From assembly GCF_004010195.1 (NCBI RefSeq), contig NC_057718.1, forward strand, positions 56,622,076 through 56,656,747: a stretch of 34,672 nt of DNA. The letters run 5' to 3'. The notes beneath the pieces are model-generated. The model was not told the DNA's origin. It saw only the letters and a program-made list of their open reading frames with translations, and did not search any database. Every line of letters begins with the position of its first letter. Position 1 is the first letter of the stretch. Positions 23,645 through 34,672 of the stretch are shown here, piece after piece. The DNA is from Chiloscyllium plagiosum. Its lineage: Eukaryota. The position numbers and the translations under genes were made by a program.

Positions 23645-25205
23645 GAAACAGCAGTTAACACTTGTTTTATTAAGCTGTACATAAATAAACCAAGAGTATG
23701 AGTTTACTTTAGACACTCAAAAATCTAATCGGGATATCAAAAAGCAAAGGCACTGTCTCAGTACCTTCTGGTTCATTACATTAGCATGCTGTGATGTTCT
23801 TTTAAAAAATAATCTATGACATAGACACCAGCTTTTCATTACAGCATCTATAAATGGTTATTTATGATTGAATAATGTAAACAAAACTGTGAAAATAACA
23901 ATCTTAAATACTTTTAAATTCAAATCTTGCACAAGATAAACCATTTACGGTACTCTTATAAGGGAATATTTTGTACAAAAATAACTCATTAAAATACTAA
24001 ACTCTAAGGACATATAACTAAAATCAGTGCATTTAGACTCTGCACAGATACGTAAAATACTTCTGAATGTCAGCTGATTGCAAGATGTAAGAGAAAAATT
24101 CCTGTCTGCTAACCAAAAGTTACAATCCACAAAAAACATGAGGTTATCTGCATTTTCAAACAAAATCTAAACATGACAATAACAAATTTGATTGCAAATA
24201 TCCTTGTGAATGTATTACTGCTGTAAGTTGCTACTCAGTCAGTACGTATATATTCAATTTGTACATGGTTATTTTCCTGGCAGTAATGTATACAAAATTA
24301 AATGGAGTAAAAAATTTTACTAATGCTTTAGGATTATAAAACAAACAACATAACTACATCAAACAGCTATGAAACTGAAAAATCCACGCTTCCTAAAATT
24401 AAACTCTAAGTGAATATGCAGTGTGTCAGGTGTTATTGTCAGAAATTCAACATGACGGAATCTTAGCCAGCAGTCAAAATATATTGCACATTTTGTGCTA
24501 ACTTAAAGAGGTTGTTACAAAATCCAATTTGCACATACATATCAAGAACCATATAGACATACAAGGTTTCAATTCTATTGTGAAGAGGCATTTACATTAT
24601 ATACTTGAGTGTTGGATTACAAGCCAAAAATAAGTGTTACGGTATTATAAACCTTAATTTAACATCATTATGCTATGGCATACATCATGCAATATGTTAA
24701 ACCCCAAAGATAGTTAGTGCAAAATAGCATAAGCTATGTGATTTTATGCAGGATGCAGTGCAGTTCTACAACACTACTGCTTGTGTCTGCACAGTATTGC
24801 AAATTATAAAACGACCATAAAGTTTGTTTTTAAAGCTTTAATGAAAAATTAAAACAAACTAAAGTATGCTGTAACTTGTTAAAATTCAGTTAGATGAACA
24901 AACAGTTTATAAAACTGTTCATAGCATCTAAATTGTATTCAATTTTCTTGTAAGATTTTAATGACCTCTGGTGAAATCTGTGGAACTACACAAAAATCGA
25001 TACTCTGCAAGTATTACATAACAACACTTGAGTCCAAATGTGCTCCTTGATTCAAGGAACAGTACATGTCTCATTACGCTTAATGAAAGGAGGTCACTGA
25101 ATAGGTTTCATCATTTAATGCTTTAGTAATATTTCTTTATGGAGACAGTCTTGGTGCTTCTGAACTATAGGTTTCAAATTGACAGTTTGAAGGACACTTT
25201 TCTTT
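23645..25205 (-). other. CCDC88A: Predicted non-coding terminal exon (3' UTR) of the short isoform
   Basis: Long pyrimidine tract ttctttttcattttctttcctctgatctgcaaaacAG before 25205. Repeat-free, AT-rich sequence. AATAAA at 23671-23666 followed by a GU/U-rich tract. The 3' end is approximate. Confidence 0.6.
23666..23671 (-). terminator. Candidate polyadenylation signal AATAAA for the short isoform
   Basis: Minus strand cagcttAATAAAacaagtgttaactgctgtttccttactgttct. Confidence 0.5.
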
Positions 25206-26802
25206 CTGTTTTGCAGATCAGAGGAAAGAAAATGAAAAAGAATTTAGAAACTACTTTAGAATAATGGTAACATTTGAAACAAGTAAAAACAAGAAACAGT
25301 ACCAAATGTCATAAATGCATCATGCACAAAGAAACTTAAATGGTAGAAACGGCAGCACAAGACAAACATTCCTCGAGTGATAATGATTAATCATTGCATG
25401 CCAGATGTCATAGGCAGAATTTAATATTTTATGAATAAAAGAGAAATTACTTTAATGAGGAAGGAATGAAGTGACTAGCAAAATACTCAGCTTTAGCTCC
25501 TGAGCCTTATTTACATACTCTAATCCTGACCTTTTCCTGAAGGCAGTGTGTTGGGAAAATGCCAAAATTGGTAAAGTGTAAAGTAGCTGTCAAGAAGCTT
25601 TAAACTAGTCCTTTGATAAAGTAAGTACAGGTTGGGGGAAGAGGGGAGGATTAATAAGTGAGGGCAGGAAGAGGTCTTGGGTATTCTTGTAGGTTCAAAA
25701 TGAGCACTCCTGGTTCTTCTGATCCACAAAGAACCTAACAAAACTTACAAAAAAATTACTTAACTGGGCCCTCTGTGAACAGGATCCCTGCTGCCACCAG
25801 CTTTTGTTAGTCAGCTGGGGTAGACACACTTTAATGAGTCTTCTTGTTAAAATAAATTTGTCTGATCCTTTGGAACAGGTGGCCTTAACTGTGTCTGAAT
25901 ACAGATAAGTAAAAATGAAAAGAACCATGTATGTGTTGGCAGCACAGATTAGAGTTGGCATTCGGGTCCTTTCTTTACCACTATGTCTTATGAATGTTTT
26001 TAAAAGGGAAACTATATTCCTCTTAAGTACCTGTTGATCTAAAATCATGCTTAGATATCTATACCATATCTATTAGTGTCCCTTATTTAAAAAAAAAATA
26101 TTTTTGAAAGCAAATATTTTGTGGAAAATTTACCCAGCAGTGACAACACAATGGAGAAAATGAAAATCTACATCACTGCAATGTAATTTTCCCACAAAAA
26201 CATTTTCTTCTCCTAGATTTCCATGGCCAAACTCTTTTGAAATGTGCAACATGGGAACAAAGGAAGGCAGAGACACTTGCAAGTATACAGTATCCCTCTT
26301 ATTAGCAATTAGAATGGAGTAGTAATTTAGATGAATATATTTACCCATGAAAACACTTAAAAGGTTTGTAGCATTTGCCAGTAAATAGAGAGAACTTTAC
26401 AAAAAAACCTTAATACAAATGTGAAAAGGCAATAAATCACAAAAGATTAAAATTAGTAAGCCATAGCAGTGGATTGCATGTATACAAAATAAATAAACTT
26501 TAAACACTTATTGCCTTTTGTATTAAACAATATATGGAAGCCCCTGCCCAGGCATGCAGAATGAATAATTAACAGTTAATATTGCTTAATGCATACTAAT
26601 GCATTATACAAAGCCAATTTATAAGAATAAGCAAGCACATTTTTAGATTTGTTAAGCCAGCCACAGCAGAATGTTTCTGGAATAAACTGCTATAAGGGTA
26701 ATGTTAGTTTGTAAATAGGTAAATGGTCTGATCCTCCCATTTACACTCTGGGCAGGAAACTCACCACTGTACCCCAAATCACAAGATGAAGAACATTTAC
26801 AT

Positions 26803-26867
26803 CTAGGAGCTCTGTTGCTCCTCAGTTTTGCCTTGTGTACTTCTGAGTTCCTGCACAGATCCCATAT
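26803..26867 (-). CDS. CCDC88A: Last coding exon of short Girdin isoform (whole exon 26867-26765): (N)MGSVQELRSTQGKTEEQQSS*
   Basis: Acceptor ttattttctgcAG|ATATGG. Joining to the phase-1 donor gives a tail the same length as, and ending like, recalled human NVDKVQESRNSKSRSREQQSS*. TAG at 26805-26803; donor GTG|GTGAGT at 26765/26764. The ORF track shows only a different frame here. Confidence 0.88.
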
Positions 26868-27997
26868 CTGCAGAAAATAATCAAAGCACTTTAAATGGAT
26901 CATTTACCTGCCAAACGTGTTTCAATAGTTTATGTGTTTTAATATTTTTGCCTTAGGGTGAATGTACATGCTAATGCAAAATAGTTTGGCTTCTCAGGTG
27001 TTAGGGCTCAAACTGATGCTGGGGCATATGGCACTTTCATTCTGGTTTGCTTCAGTGTCACGGTCAGGCTTTTACTCAGAAGAAAGGCTGGATTTATACT
27101 GTCATCAGTGACAAAGTGGACATAATTTTAGTGCAAAATCATCAAGCTGTGTAAAAAAACTCTAGCTGCAACTAACTCTAAAGTCATTGGACTATAAAGT
27201 ACAGGAGTCATTAAAGTTTCCTGATTACATTAATGATTTTATTTAAACACACATTCATGGCACAGGTAACCTATTTTTAAGTGAGGCATTTTAGGATAAT
27301 TACAAAATAAAATTGCCCTTTAAACATACTTTTTATTATCACTTAAATTTATTTTGTCTGGTTTTCCCAATGTTTAGCATTTTGATACTTATCAGAGACA
27401 CCTAAAGTTGAAACTATTATATAATGTAAAACAATGGCAGAAGAACTCAGCGGTCTTTGAATATTGCTCTGTATTAGATAAATGCAATACAGGTAATTGG
27501 TGAATTTACTGTGGGTATCTGTCATTATCATCACCACAGCTAAATTAACAATTTCAAGTGTTTCTTTTTAAATGGTGAAGATATGCAATCCATCTACTTT
27601 TAATAAAATTGTTTCAGTTTCTTACCAAATCCACCTGTGTTTTATGATGTTATCCCCCTGCCCTCCATCCAATGCTTTTACTATCAAGTAAGTTTCCAAA
27701 ATGAGATATCTGGTCTGGGAGTATCTTATACTCAACATCTTTATTTAATTGGCCTTCAACACTGATTATTTATATTAAAATGCACCATGAGCTATTTTAA
27801 AAAATACTGATAAGCTTGTGAACAAAGCTCAATCAAACAATCTTCTTTGCCTTCAGCTACCTATGTTCAAATCTAAATCTTTAAAACCCTGGCTAATGTT
27901 CAAGGGAAAAATTCAATACGCTATGTCCAACATTTTGTGGTAGCTGTACCTGCTGTATATTTGCCAGCTACGTGCAAAACTGTGCTCCTGCTGGATG

Positions 27998-29265
27998 ACC
28001 ATAAGACCGTAAAAAATAGGAGCAGAAATTAGGTCATTCAGCCCACTGAGTCTGCAATCATTGCTGATATGTTTCTTAACCCCATTCTCCTGCTTTCTCC
28101 CTGTAACCATTGATCCTCAAGAACCTATCTATCTTAGTCTTAAATATACTCAATGACCTGGCCTCCACAGCCTTCTGTGGTAATGAATTCCATAGATTCA
28201 CCACTCTTTGGCTGAAGACTCTCTGTTCTAAAAGGTCTTCCCTTTACTCTAACGCTGTACCTTGGGTTCTAGTCTCTCCTACCAATGCAAATATCTTCCC
28301 AACATCTACTCTATCTAGGCAATTCAGTATTCTCTATGTTTGAATTAGATTCCCCCCCCCCCCCCCCCCCCCCATCCTTCTAAACTCTTATCAAGTATAA
28401 ACCCAGAGTCCTCAGACTTTCCTCATATGTTAAGCTGTTCATTCCTGGGACCATTCTCGTGAACCTTCTCTGAATATGCTCCAGGGCCAGTTCATCCTTC
28501 CTGAGATATAGCACCCAAAACTGCGCACAATACTCCAAATGTGGTCTGACCATATCTTATAGAGTCTCAGAAGTACATCCCTGCTTTTATATTCAAATTT
28601 TCTCAAAACAAATGCCATAATTGCATTTGCCCTCCTAATTACTGACTCAACTGCAAGTTTACCTTGAGAGATTCCTGGACTGGAACTCCCAAATCTCTTT
28701 GCACTTCAGACTTCTGAATTTTATCCCCATTTAGAAAATAGCCCATTCTTTCTACCAGTGCATGACCTCACACTTTCTCATACTGTACTCCATCTGTCAC
28801 TTCTTTGCCCAGTGTCCTAATGTGACCAAATCCTTCTGCAACCTCCCCACCTCGTCAATGCTACCTGTCCCTCTACCTATCTTTGTATTGTCTGCAAACT
28901 TGGTCAGAATGCCTTCAGTTCCTTCATCTCGATTGTTAATCTGAGCCTTGTAGAACACCACTTGTCACTGACTGCCATCCTGAGAAGGATTCTTTTATCC
29001 CCACTCTCTGCTTTCTGCCAATCCTCTATCCATGCTCGCACCTTGCCTGTGACACCATGAGCCCTCATCTTACTCAGTAGCCTCCTGTGCGGCACCTTGT
29101 CAAAGGCCTTCTTGAAGTCCAGGTGGATAACATCCATTGGCTCTCCTTGGTCTAGCCTGCTCGTTACTTTCTTAAAGAATTCTAGCAGGTTTGTCAGGCA
29201 TGACCTCCCCTTGATGACCATGCTGAAACCATGTTGACTTTGCCCTATTTTACCATACATTTCCA
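27998..29265 (-). mobile_element. Internally deleted CR1 in the Girdin short-isoform intron (same orientation as the gene)
   Basis: ORF 28904-29266 SQHGF...KGRSCLTNLLEFF...LDFKKAFDKVPHRRLL; 3' tail near 28000; poly-C at ~28353-28373. Confidence 0.9.
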
Positions 29266-29299
29266 AGTGTATGGAATGGAATGGATATAGAATAGAATA

Positions 29300-32200
29300 T
29301 CAAAGCACAAGAAAAATGGAAGATATAAAACAGAGACAAAACATAATATACAAACAGAACATCTCTAACTTGTGATTCATTGATTATACTTTCAAAAACA
29401 TGCAAAAAACACGATATTTGAATATCTGATTGTTAGTTTGTATTATATCTGCAAAAATATGCTGATGCAAGATCAGTCGTTTACCAATTCATACAGAAGA
29501 AATGCACAGCAAGGAGAGAACCAGCCATGCATAGGGTGAAACATGCATGATAACATTACACCAGCCGTTTGCAAATGTTTAAACAGGCAAGTTTTAAAAA
29601 AAAATTAAAGTTAAATTCACATTACAAATACATAGATTATATAAAGCTTCAATGCTAACTTTTTTCTCTACACAAGTGATAACAAATCGGGTAACTCTAG
29701 TATTAAACTTGCTGAAAAAATAAAAAGACATTCTAAAGCCTATTTCACCCAAATCTAGAAGTCCTCTGATGAATACAATATGTACAGAATTAGAGTAGGA
29801 CAATAACCTTTATCAGAATCTTCACATGTTGAGTTAATACCAACTCTGTGGACATGCTGGAATATTTGACATTGGTGAAGAAGTTGACTTTTTTAAAAAT
29901 ATAGAAACAACATATTTGGAACTAATTTACTGTTCTAGTTTGTTTTCAACCCACTTAGTATCCATTGAAATATTTCAATAAAGCTAAAGTCTGAGTTTAA
30001 CTTGCTAACAAAACCCTATGTGACATTTATATTTTATACTGGTTTCTTAATGAAGCAAGCAAACATATATTTTAGTTACCAAAGTAATTTGTTTGATTAC
30101 TAAATTAATTAAGTGTTTTTAGATGGACAATATTCAAAAGTTTTAAAATTTGAACTACCTTTTATGTGATAACATCTTTATCTATGCTAAATGATTATCC
30201 TTAAGAAATAAATCTAACTTTCTCAAAAATGTACAACTCTGCATATTTGATTTTTAAGGAACTTTTAAAACCTTATATTTTAACATTTTTCATTTATTAT
30301 ATTGACTGGAATGTAAGCATTTTAGTGACTAGAACACAGTATTAGTAACAATTAAATATCCTTTTAGCATCAACATTGAAATTAAATAAGATGCATAGCC
30401 AATTTCTTATTTAACTTGGTAAGTCTATCTTAATGCATCAACAGAATGAGGGAAAGGATATGTTGCAATCCAAGCCCTGGTCACATAATGTCTTATACAT
30501 TTTAACTGTTAACTGCTCTTTCTTCTAATATTATGACGTCTTTATTCAATTTAGCATGCTTTACTGCAAGTGTAACAGGTCCAAATTACAGAAATTTCAA
30601 GTGAAATTATTACTAGGAGTTTGGTATCTGTAACTGCGCTTTCAATGTTCTTTTAATAGAGCAGATTATAAACATTACAGAATTGCTGTAATGCTCAGTG
30701 AAGCCAATGACTTGTGAAAGGTTTGCTTTCAACTGAAAATGAAATTCAAATAATATAACCAGAATGTGAGTAACCTGGCAAATAACTAAAGCTGTTCCAT
30801 GAATTTTTTTTATTGTAAGTTGATTTGTCCTTTTAAACTGATGTGTTGGTCAAGACAAGTGATGTTGAAACTAGGATAGCTACTGGTCATCTTGAATATT
30901 ATCATGCATTTCCTAATCAAGTACAACATGATGAAACATGAGCCAAATTTGCCTTAAGCTGCCTTATCACCCAGATGCATTTTCAACATCTTATTCTAGA
31001 CTCGTTTAAATTGCCTGTCCCATGCAATTTGTAGTGAACTGGCAGTTGTGCCAAGATAGAAAACCCACAAGTAACACGACAAACCCATTTCAGATAGAAC
31101 CTTTGTTATACAGACTTTCATGTCATTGTGAACCATTCATATTTGAATGACAGTGGCAGAAGGACATTGTGCTAACCAATTACATCATCAGCTCCCTCTC
31201 TATTCCTAAACTAAGCTACAGAAGAACTGAATACCCATCTAATTATGCACATCACTACTTTTCAATTTCTGGTTTCTAACTTTTCTAGCAGAGTGCAATT
31301 AGTTGCTTAATGGTGACAACAGAGTCAAAACGTAACAGAGAAAATACTTTTAGGCCTACAAATAATTTAGTTTGCAAGAATCCCAAGATACAGATATACC
31401 ATTGATTTAAGCTATCAAAGATGAGCTTCATTAAAATAATTCTTAAAAACAGTATAATGTAAGAACATCATGTTTTGATAGACTAATAAGTGCTAAACAC
31501 TGCTTCAAATTAAAATTTCAATGACCAACAATGGTGTTTTCTCTTATGATAAGATTTTGTGGAATAAAAATACATTTTCTCATATCTGCTGGAAAAATAA
31601 AATGGACAACAATGTTGTACTTTAAAGTGTTAGCATCTTAACATCTGAAACTTAGTTATGATTTAGAACAGCATACAAAAGCAGGCTAAGTCTTGCAGGT
31701 TTTTGTTTTCATTAGTTTTAGTTAATATTGTGTAAAATCGGTGGAAACAAATGTTGCAGGTACAACATATACAGTTGTTGAATGAGATGGCAAATATGAA
31801 ATTTCAAGTAAAATGTAAGTAAAAGTTATGTTTTTAAAACAGAGCTGTCTGTATTCCATTTTTCCCGTCCCATATTTCTATTAGGGCTTCTTTTTTTTCT
31901 CTAACTCCTCCCCCAATCTGCCTATCCTTTTTTTCAAAAGAACTGGGCTGAGCTTTGCACCTTTTTAAAACATCCAGTGACAGTAAGTACTTGCCATTTA
32001 ATAAGTCATAAATGAAAATCTGTGTCCATTGTAACATGGACATATTGGTTCTTGAATTTGTGAAATCATTAGTTGTGCTTTAATTTACTTGCTATTTATT
32101 TTTTCCCCAATATTGTTAAGTTAGAAAGATAAATTACAGTGTCAAAGATGAACTATTTACATATTACTTCTACTAATAATGCAAAAAGGAGAATATGCCA

Positions 32201-32860
32201 GTACACTTTACAAAATGGTTCAAGTGGTTAGGCACAACTTAAATTTTATACTTTAAAAATATATAGCTGCGTAAAATTATTTGCAGTACTTAAGATCCTT
32301 TTGATAGAGGACTGTAGGACCACATCAACTTCTTGCTAGGTACAATTTAAATGCATTTTAGCAGCTTTCACACATTAAAGAAATATACTAGAAAATGCTG
32401 AATGTAAGATGTGTTTACAAGTCAGAGGGACTTCCTTCAAAACAAATTGTGATACTTAAATCAAAAGTAGATTCAGTCAAAAATAAAAAGGATCCAATCA
32501 AAAGTTTTCCAACGAAACCAATACATGGTAAGTTAACACTGAAAATAAGGATTAGTTTTATCAAGCTAAGATTTCAGCACCAATGTTATGAATGTAGACA
32601 ACTTCAGATAGGAAACCTGTGTAGATTAACTTATTAGCAAAGGAAGGCATTGAAACATGGTTGCTCATGGATTAATTTGATTTCTGTACACTTGAAAAAG
32701 TGTTTATCCAACATCTTATTTCCTACTAGTGTTAAGTAGGTATTCATTTTGCTATTTGGCTCTTAAGATATTTAATACCCTTGTTATTACTTTTATGGCC
32801 TTTACTATTTTGAAGTCTGCAAATTGATAATCATTTTGCAGCACAAGCAATGCAAAGTCA
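29300..32860 (-). other. CCDC88A: Probable 3' UTR of the long isoform (intronic in the short isoform)
   Basis: About 3.5 kb of AT-rich sequence with no recognisable repeat after the stop. Minus-strand AATAAA at 32095-32100, 30809-30814, 30541-30546 and 30293-30298; the site actually used cannot be determined. Confidence 0.5.
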
Positions 32861-33958
32861 TTAGACACATCCATATTCATACCACACAGTCTGCTTGTCT
32901 TCTGACATTATTGAAGGAGACACGGAAACATTCATGCTTTCTTCTGTACATTCACCAGTTGGGTGATTATGACTAACAGGAGGGGAATTCAACTCACTAT
33001 TACCCTGATTCTCAAACTTAAATAGTCCGGTGGATTTTGAAATAATGATTCTCTGATCTTGCTCTGGCAACTGGTCTGTTTTAATTGGCGACACCATAGC
33101 AATATCAGTTGGCCGTGCTAATGGCAATCTGCTGATATTACTAAAAGGATTAGTGGATAAATTGGATGAGGAAAGATTAATGCTAGTAAAGGAACCCATT
33201 CCATCTGGATCAGGTTTGGCGACCACAGAGCCAGATACAAGACCAAAACCGAGGGATGAGGCAGACTTTGAAATGGTTTGCCCTTCTTCATCAGTTGCAG
33301 CACCTGAGAAAACCCTCTTGATGTTTGTATGATTATAGTCAAAATCTAGAGACTGACTAGAAACAAAGGGACTTATTGATTGAGATTTCTGCAAATTGGA
33401 TGCTGCTTGAATCTGGCAAGCTACAAGTTGAGGAAAAGGGGGACGGTGGTAATGATCAGCTTGGTACTCACTGGGTAAAGTCCGAGTGCTCGTTACCACC
33501 TTGCCTGGAGAAGGATCTACTGACACAGGTGCTCTATTATCTCGTGACATGAATTCGTGAATGCTTGTTCTTCGATTCGACCCCTCTGCTGTAGAGATCA
33601 CATGACTCGCACGGGGTAGAACAGGAGAACTGGTGCAGTCTGCTTGGGATGGTCGTTGTGGCATAATTGGCAATTCGCTGACAGACACAGTCTTTCCTTG
33701 GTTTACAATGGTTGGTTCTATGGTGGTGCTGGGAACACAGATATGGTCTGATTTCCGAAGAATTGGCCACACGTATTGTTCAGACTTTTGCAATTTGCCA
33801 ATAAAAGAATCTGCAATCTCTCTTCCTCCAGGTGATTTTACAGTCGCACCATTATTGGTTACTTTTTGATTCAATTTCTCAGTTCCACCCAGTTCAGGAA
33901 AATCTGCGATTTTTGTGAAAACATCATCTAAAAGATTGTCCTGGCCTTCAGAATGTAC
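32861..33958 (-). CDS. CCDC88A: Girdin/GIV 3' coding exon, long (read-through, GIV-L-type) form; 365 aa ending in the PDZ-binding motif QTVWYEYGCV
   Basis: Acceptor tcctttgcacAG|GTA at 33959/33958 (phase 0); frame open to TAA at 32863-32861, immediately followed by TGA. Contains QDNLLDDV and LPRASHVISTAEGSNRRTSIHEFMSRDNRAPVSVD, which match recalled human Girdin QENLLDEV and LPRASSVISTAEGTTRRTSIHDFLTKDSRLPISVD. WYEYGCV is the CCDC88-family PDZ ligand. Upstream exons lie beyond the window. Confidence 0.92.
   Translation of the reverse strand, partial: VHSEGQDNLLDDVFTKIADFPELGGTEKLNQKVTNNGATVKSPGGREIADSFIGKLQKSEQYVWPILRKSDHICVPSTTIEPTIVNQGKTVSVSELPIMPQRPSQADCTSSPVLPRASHVISTAEGSNRRTSIHEFMSRDNRAPVSVDPSPGKVVTSTRTLPSEYQADHYHRPPFPQLVACQIQAASNLQKSQSISPFVSSQSLDFDYNHTNIKRVFSGAATDEEGQTISKSASSLGFGLVSGSVVAKPDPDGMGSFTSINLSSSNLSTNPFSNISRLPLARPTDIAMVSPIKTDQLPEQDQRIIISKSTGLFKFENQGNSELNSPPVSHNHPTGECTEESMNVSVSPSIMSEDKQTVWYEYGCV
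33472..33958 (-). CDS. CCDC88A: Same exon, short form, ending at an internal 5' splice site (phase 1)
   Basis: Minus strand reads TTA CCC A|GTGAGT at 33472/33471, a consensus donor. Its phase fits the acceptor at 26867. Confidence 0.85.
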
Positions 33959-34164
33959 CTGTGCAAAGGAAATATAAATAATAAACAAATTGTTAAATAT
34001 ATTTATAAATTTTATCTCACTCAATTTTAACTCTCTTTTCAGCTAAAATATATTCCACTCTGCAGCATTTTTCATAGCTGATATCAATGTTATTTGTGAT
34101 TCTATCAAAAATCTCAATTTGAATATTGGAAGTCTCATCTTTCCTTTCTCATGTAACCTTATAA

Positions 34165-34375
34165 ATGGTTTGGAGGAGCCTGTTTTGGACTGGGGCGGAC
34201 AAAATTAAAAATCACAGTACAAGATTATAGTCCAAAAGGTTTATTTGGAGGCACTAGCTTTCAGAATGCTGCTCCTTCATCAGGTGTTTGTGGAGCAAGA
34301 CCATACGACATAGAATGTATAGCATAAGATTACAGTGTCATGCAGCTGAAATGATATATCGAACAAACCTAGATT
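34165..34375 (-). mobile_element. Penelope-like terminal fragment with hammerhead motif (34252-34286)
   Basis: Reverse complement of the 2113-2310 family. Confidence 0.75.
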
Positions 34376-34377
34376 GG

Positions 34378-34672
34378 ATGCGAGCATAAGAGGTACAGTT
34401 AGTAAGTTTGCAGATGAAACCAAAATTGGAGGTGTAGTGGACAGCGAAGAGGGTTACCTCAGATTACAACAGGATCTGGACCAGATGGGCCAATGGGCTG
34501 AGAAGTGGCAGATGGAGTTTAATTCAGATAAATACGAGGTGCTGCATTTTGGGAAAGCAAATCTTAGCAGGACTTATACATTTAATGGTAAGGTCCGAGG
34601 GAGTGTTGCTGAACAAAGAGAACTTGGAGTGCAGGTTCATAGCTCCTTGAAAGTGGAGTCGCAGGTAGATAG
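34378..34672 (+). mobile_element. Young CR1 RT fragment running off the window
   Basis: Open frame SKFADETKIGGVVDSEEGYLRLQQDLDQMGQWAEKWQMEFN... Confidence 0.92.

Noticed and set aside
26652..26903. 83-aa minus-strand ORF from the track
   Set aside because: It overlaps the real exon in a different frame and crosses both splice sites.
33118..33869. Overlapping short ORFs within the Girdin exon
   Set aside because: Alternative-frame or antisense by-products with no recognisable motifs.
32861..33958. Assignment to CCDC88C (Daple) because of the WYEYGCV end
   Set aside because: The Girdin-specific RAS.VISTAEG..RRTSIH block and the downstream EQQSS* exon point to CCDC88A. Synteny and phylogeny would settle it.
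33959..34024. First 22 residues (MSEIKFINIF...) of the 387-aa ORF as a real N-terminus or single-exon gene
   Set aside because: AT-rich intronic sequence ending in a pyrimidine tract and CAG acceptor; Girdin similarity begins right after it.

Overview
Vertebrate genomic DNA from a cartilaginous fish (shark-type HE1/V-SINEs, CR1 LINEs and Penelope-like elements; the species is inferred, not shown). Bases ~1-22.7 kb are almost entirely nested, decayed transposable elements: several CR1 families, Penelope-like elements carrying hammerhead-ribozyme motifs, SINEs, Tigger/pogo-like MITEs and a SCAN-domain Gypsy relic. Bases ~22.7-34.7 kb hold the 3' end of CCDC88A (Girdin/GIV) on the minus strand. 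A large exon starts at 33958. It either reads through to a PDZ-binding C-terminus (...QTVWYEYGCV*, long isoform) or uses an internal GTGAGT donor at 33472/33471 to splice to a 103-nt exon (26867-26765, ...EEQQSS*, short isoform), followed by a predicted non-coding last exon from 25205. Comparisons with human proteins and repeat consensus sequences are from memory and need alignment. No wholly new gene system is evident. The strongest leads are the Girdin isoform switch, the divergence of its signalling motifs, and the hammerhead motifs (one with a U3-A8 covariant core, one on the sense strand of a Girdin intron).
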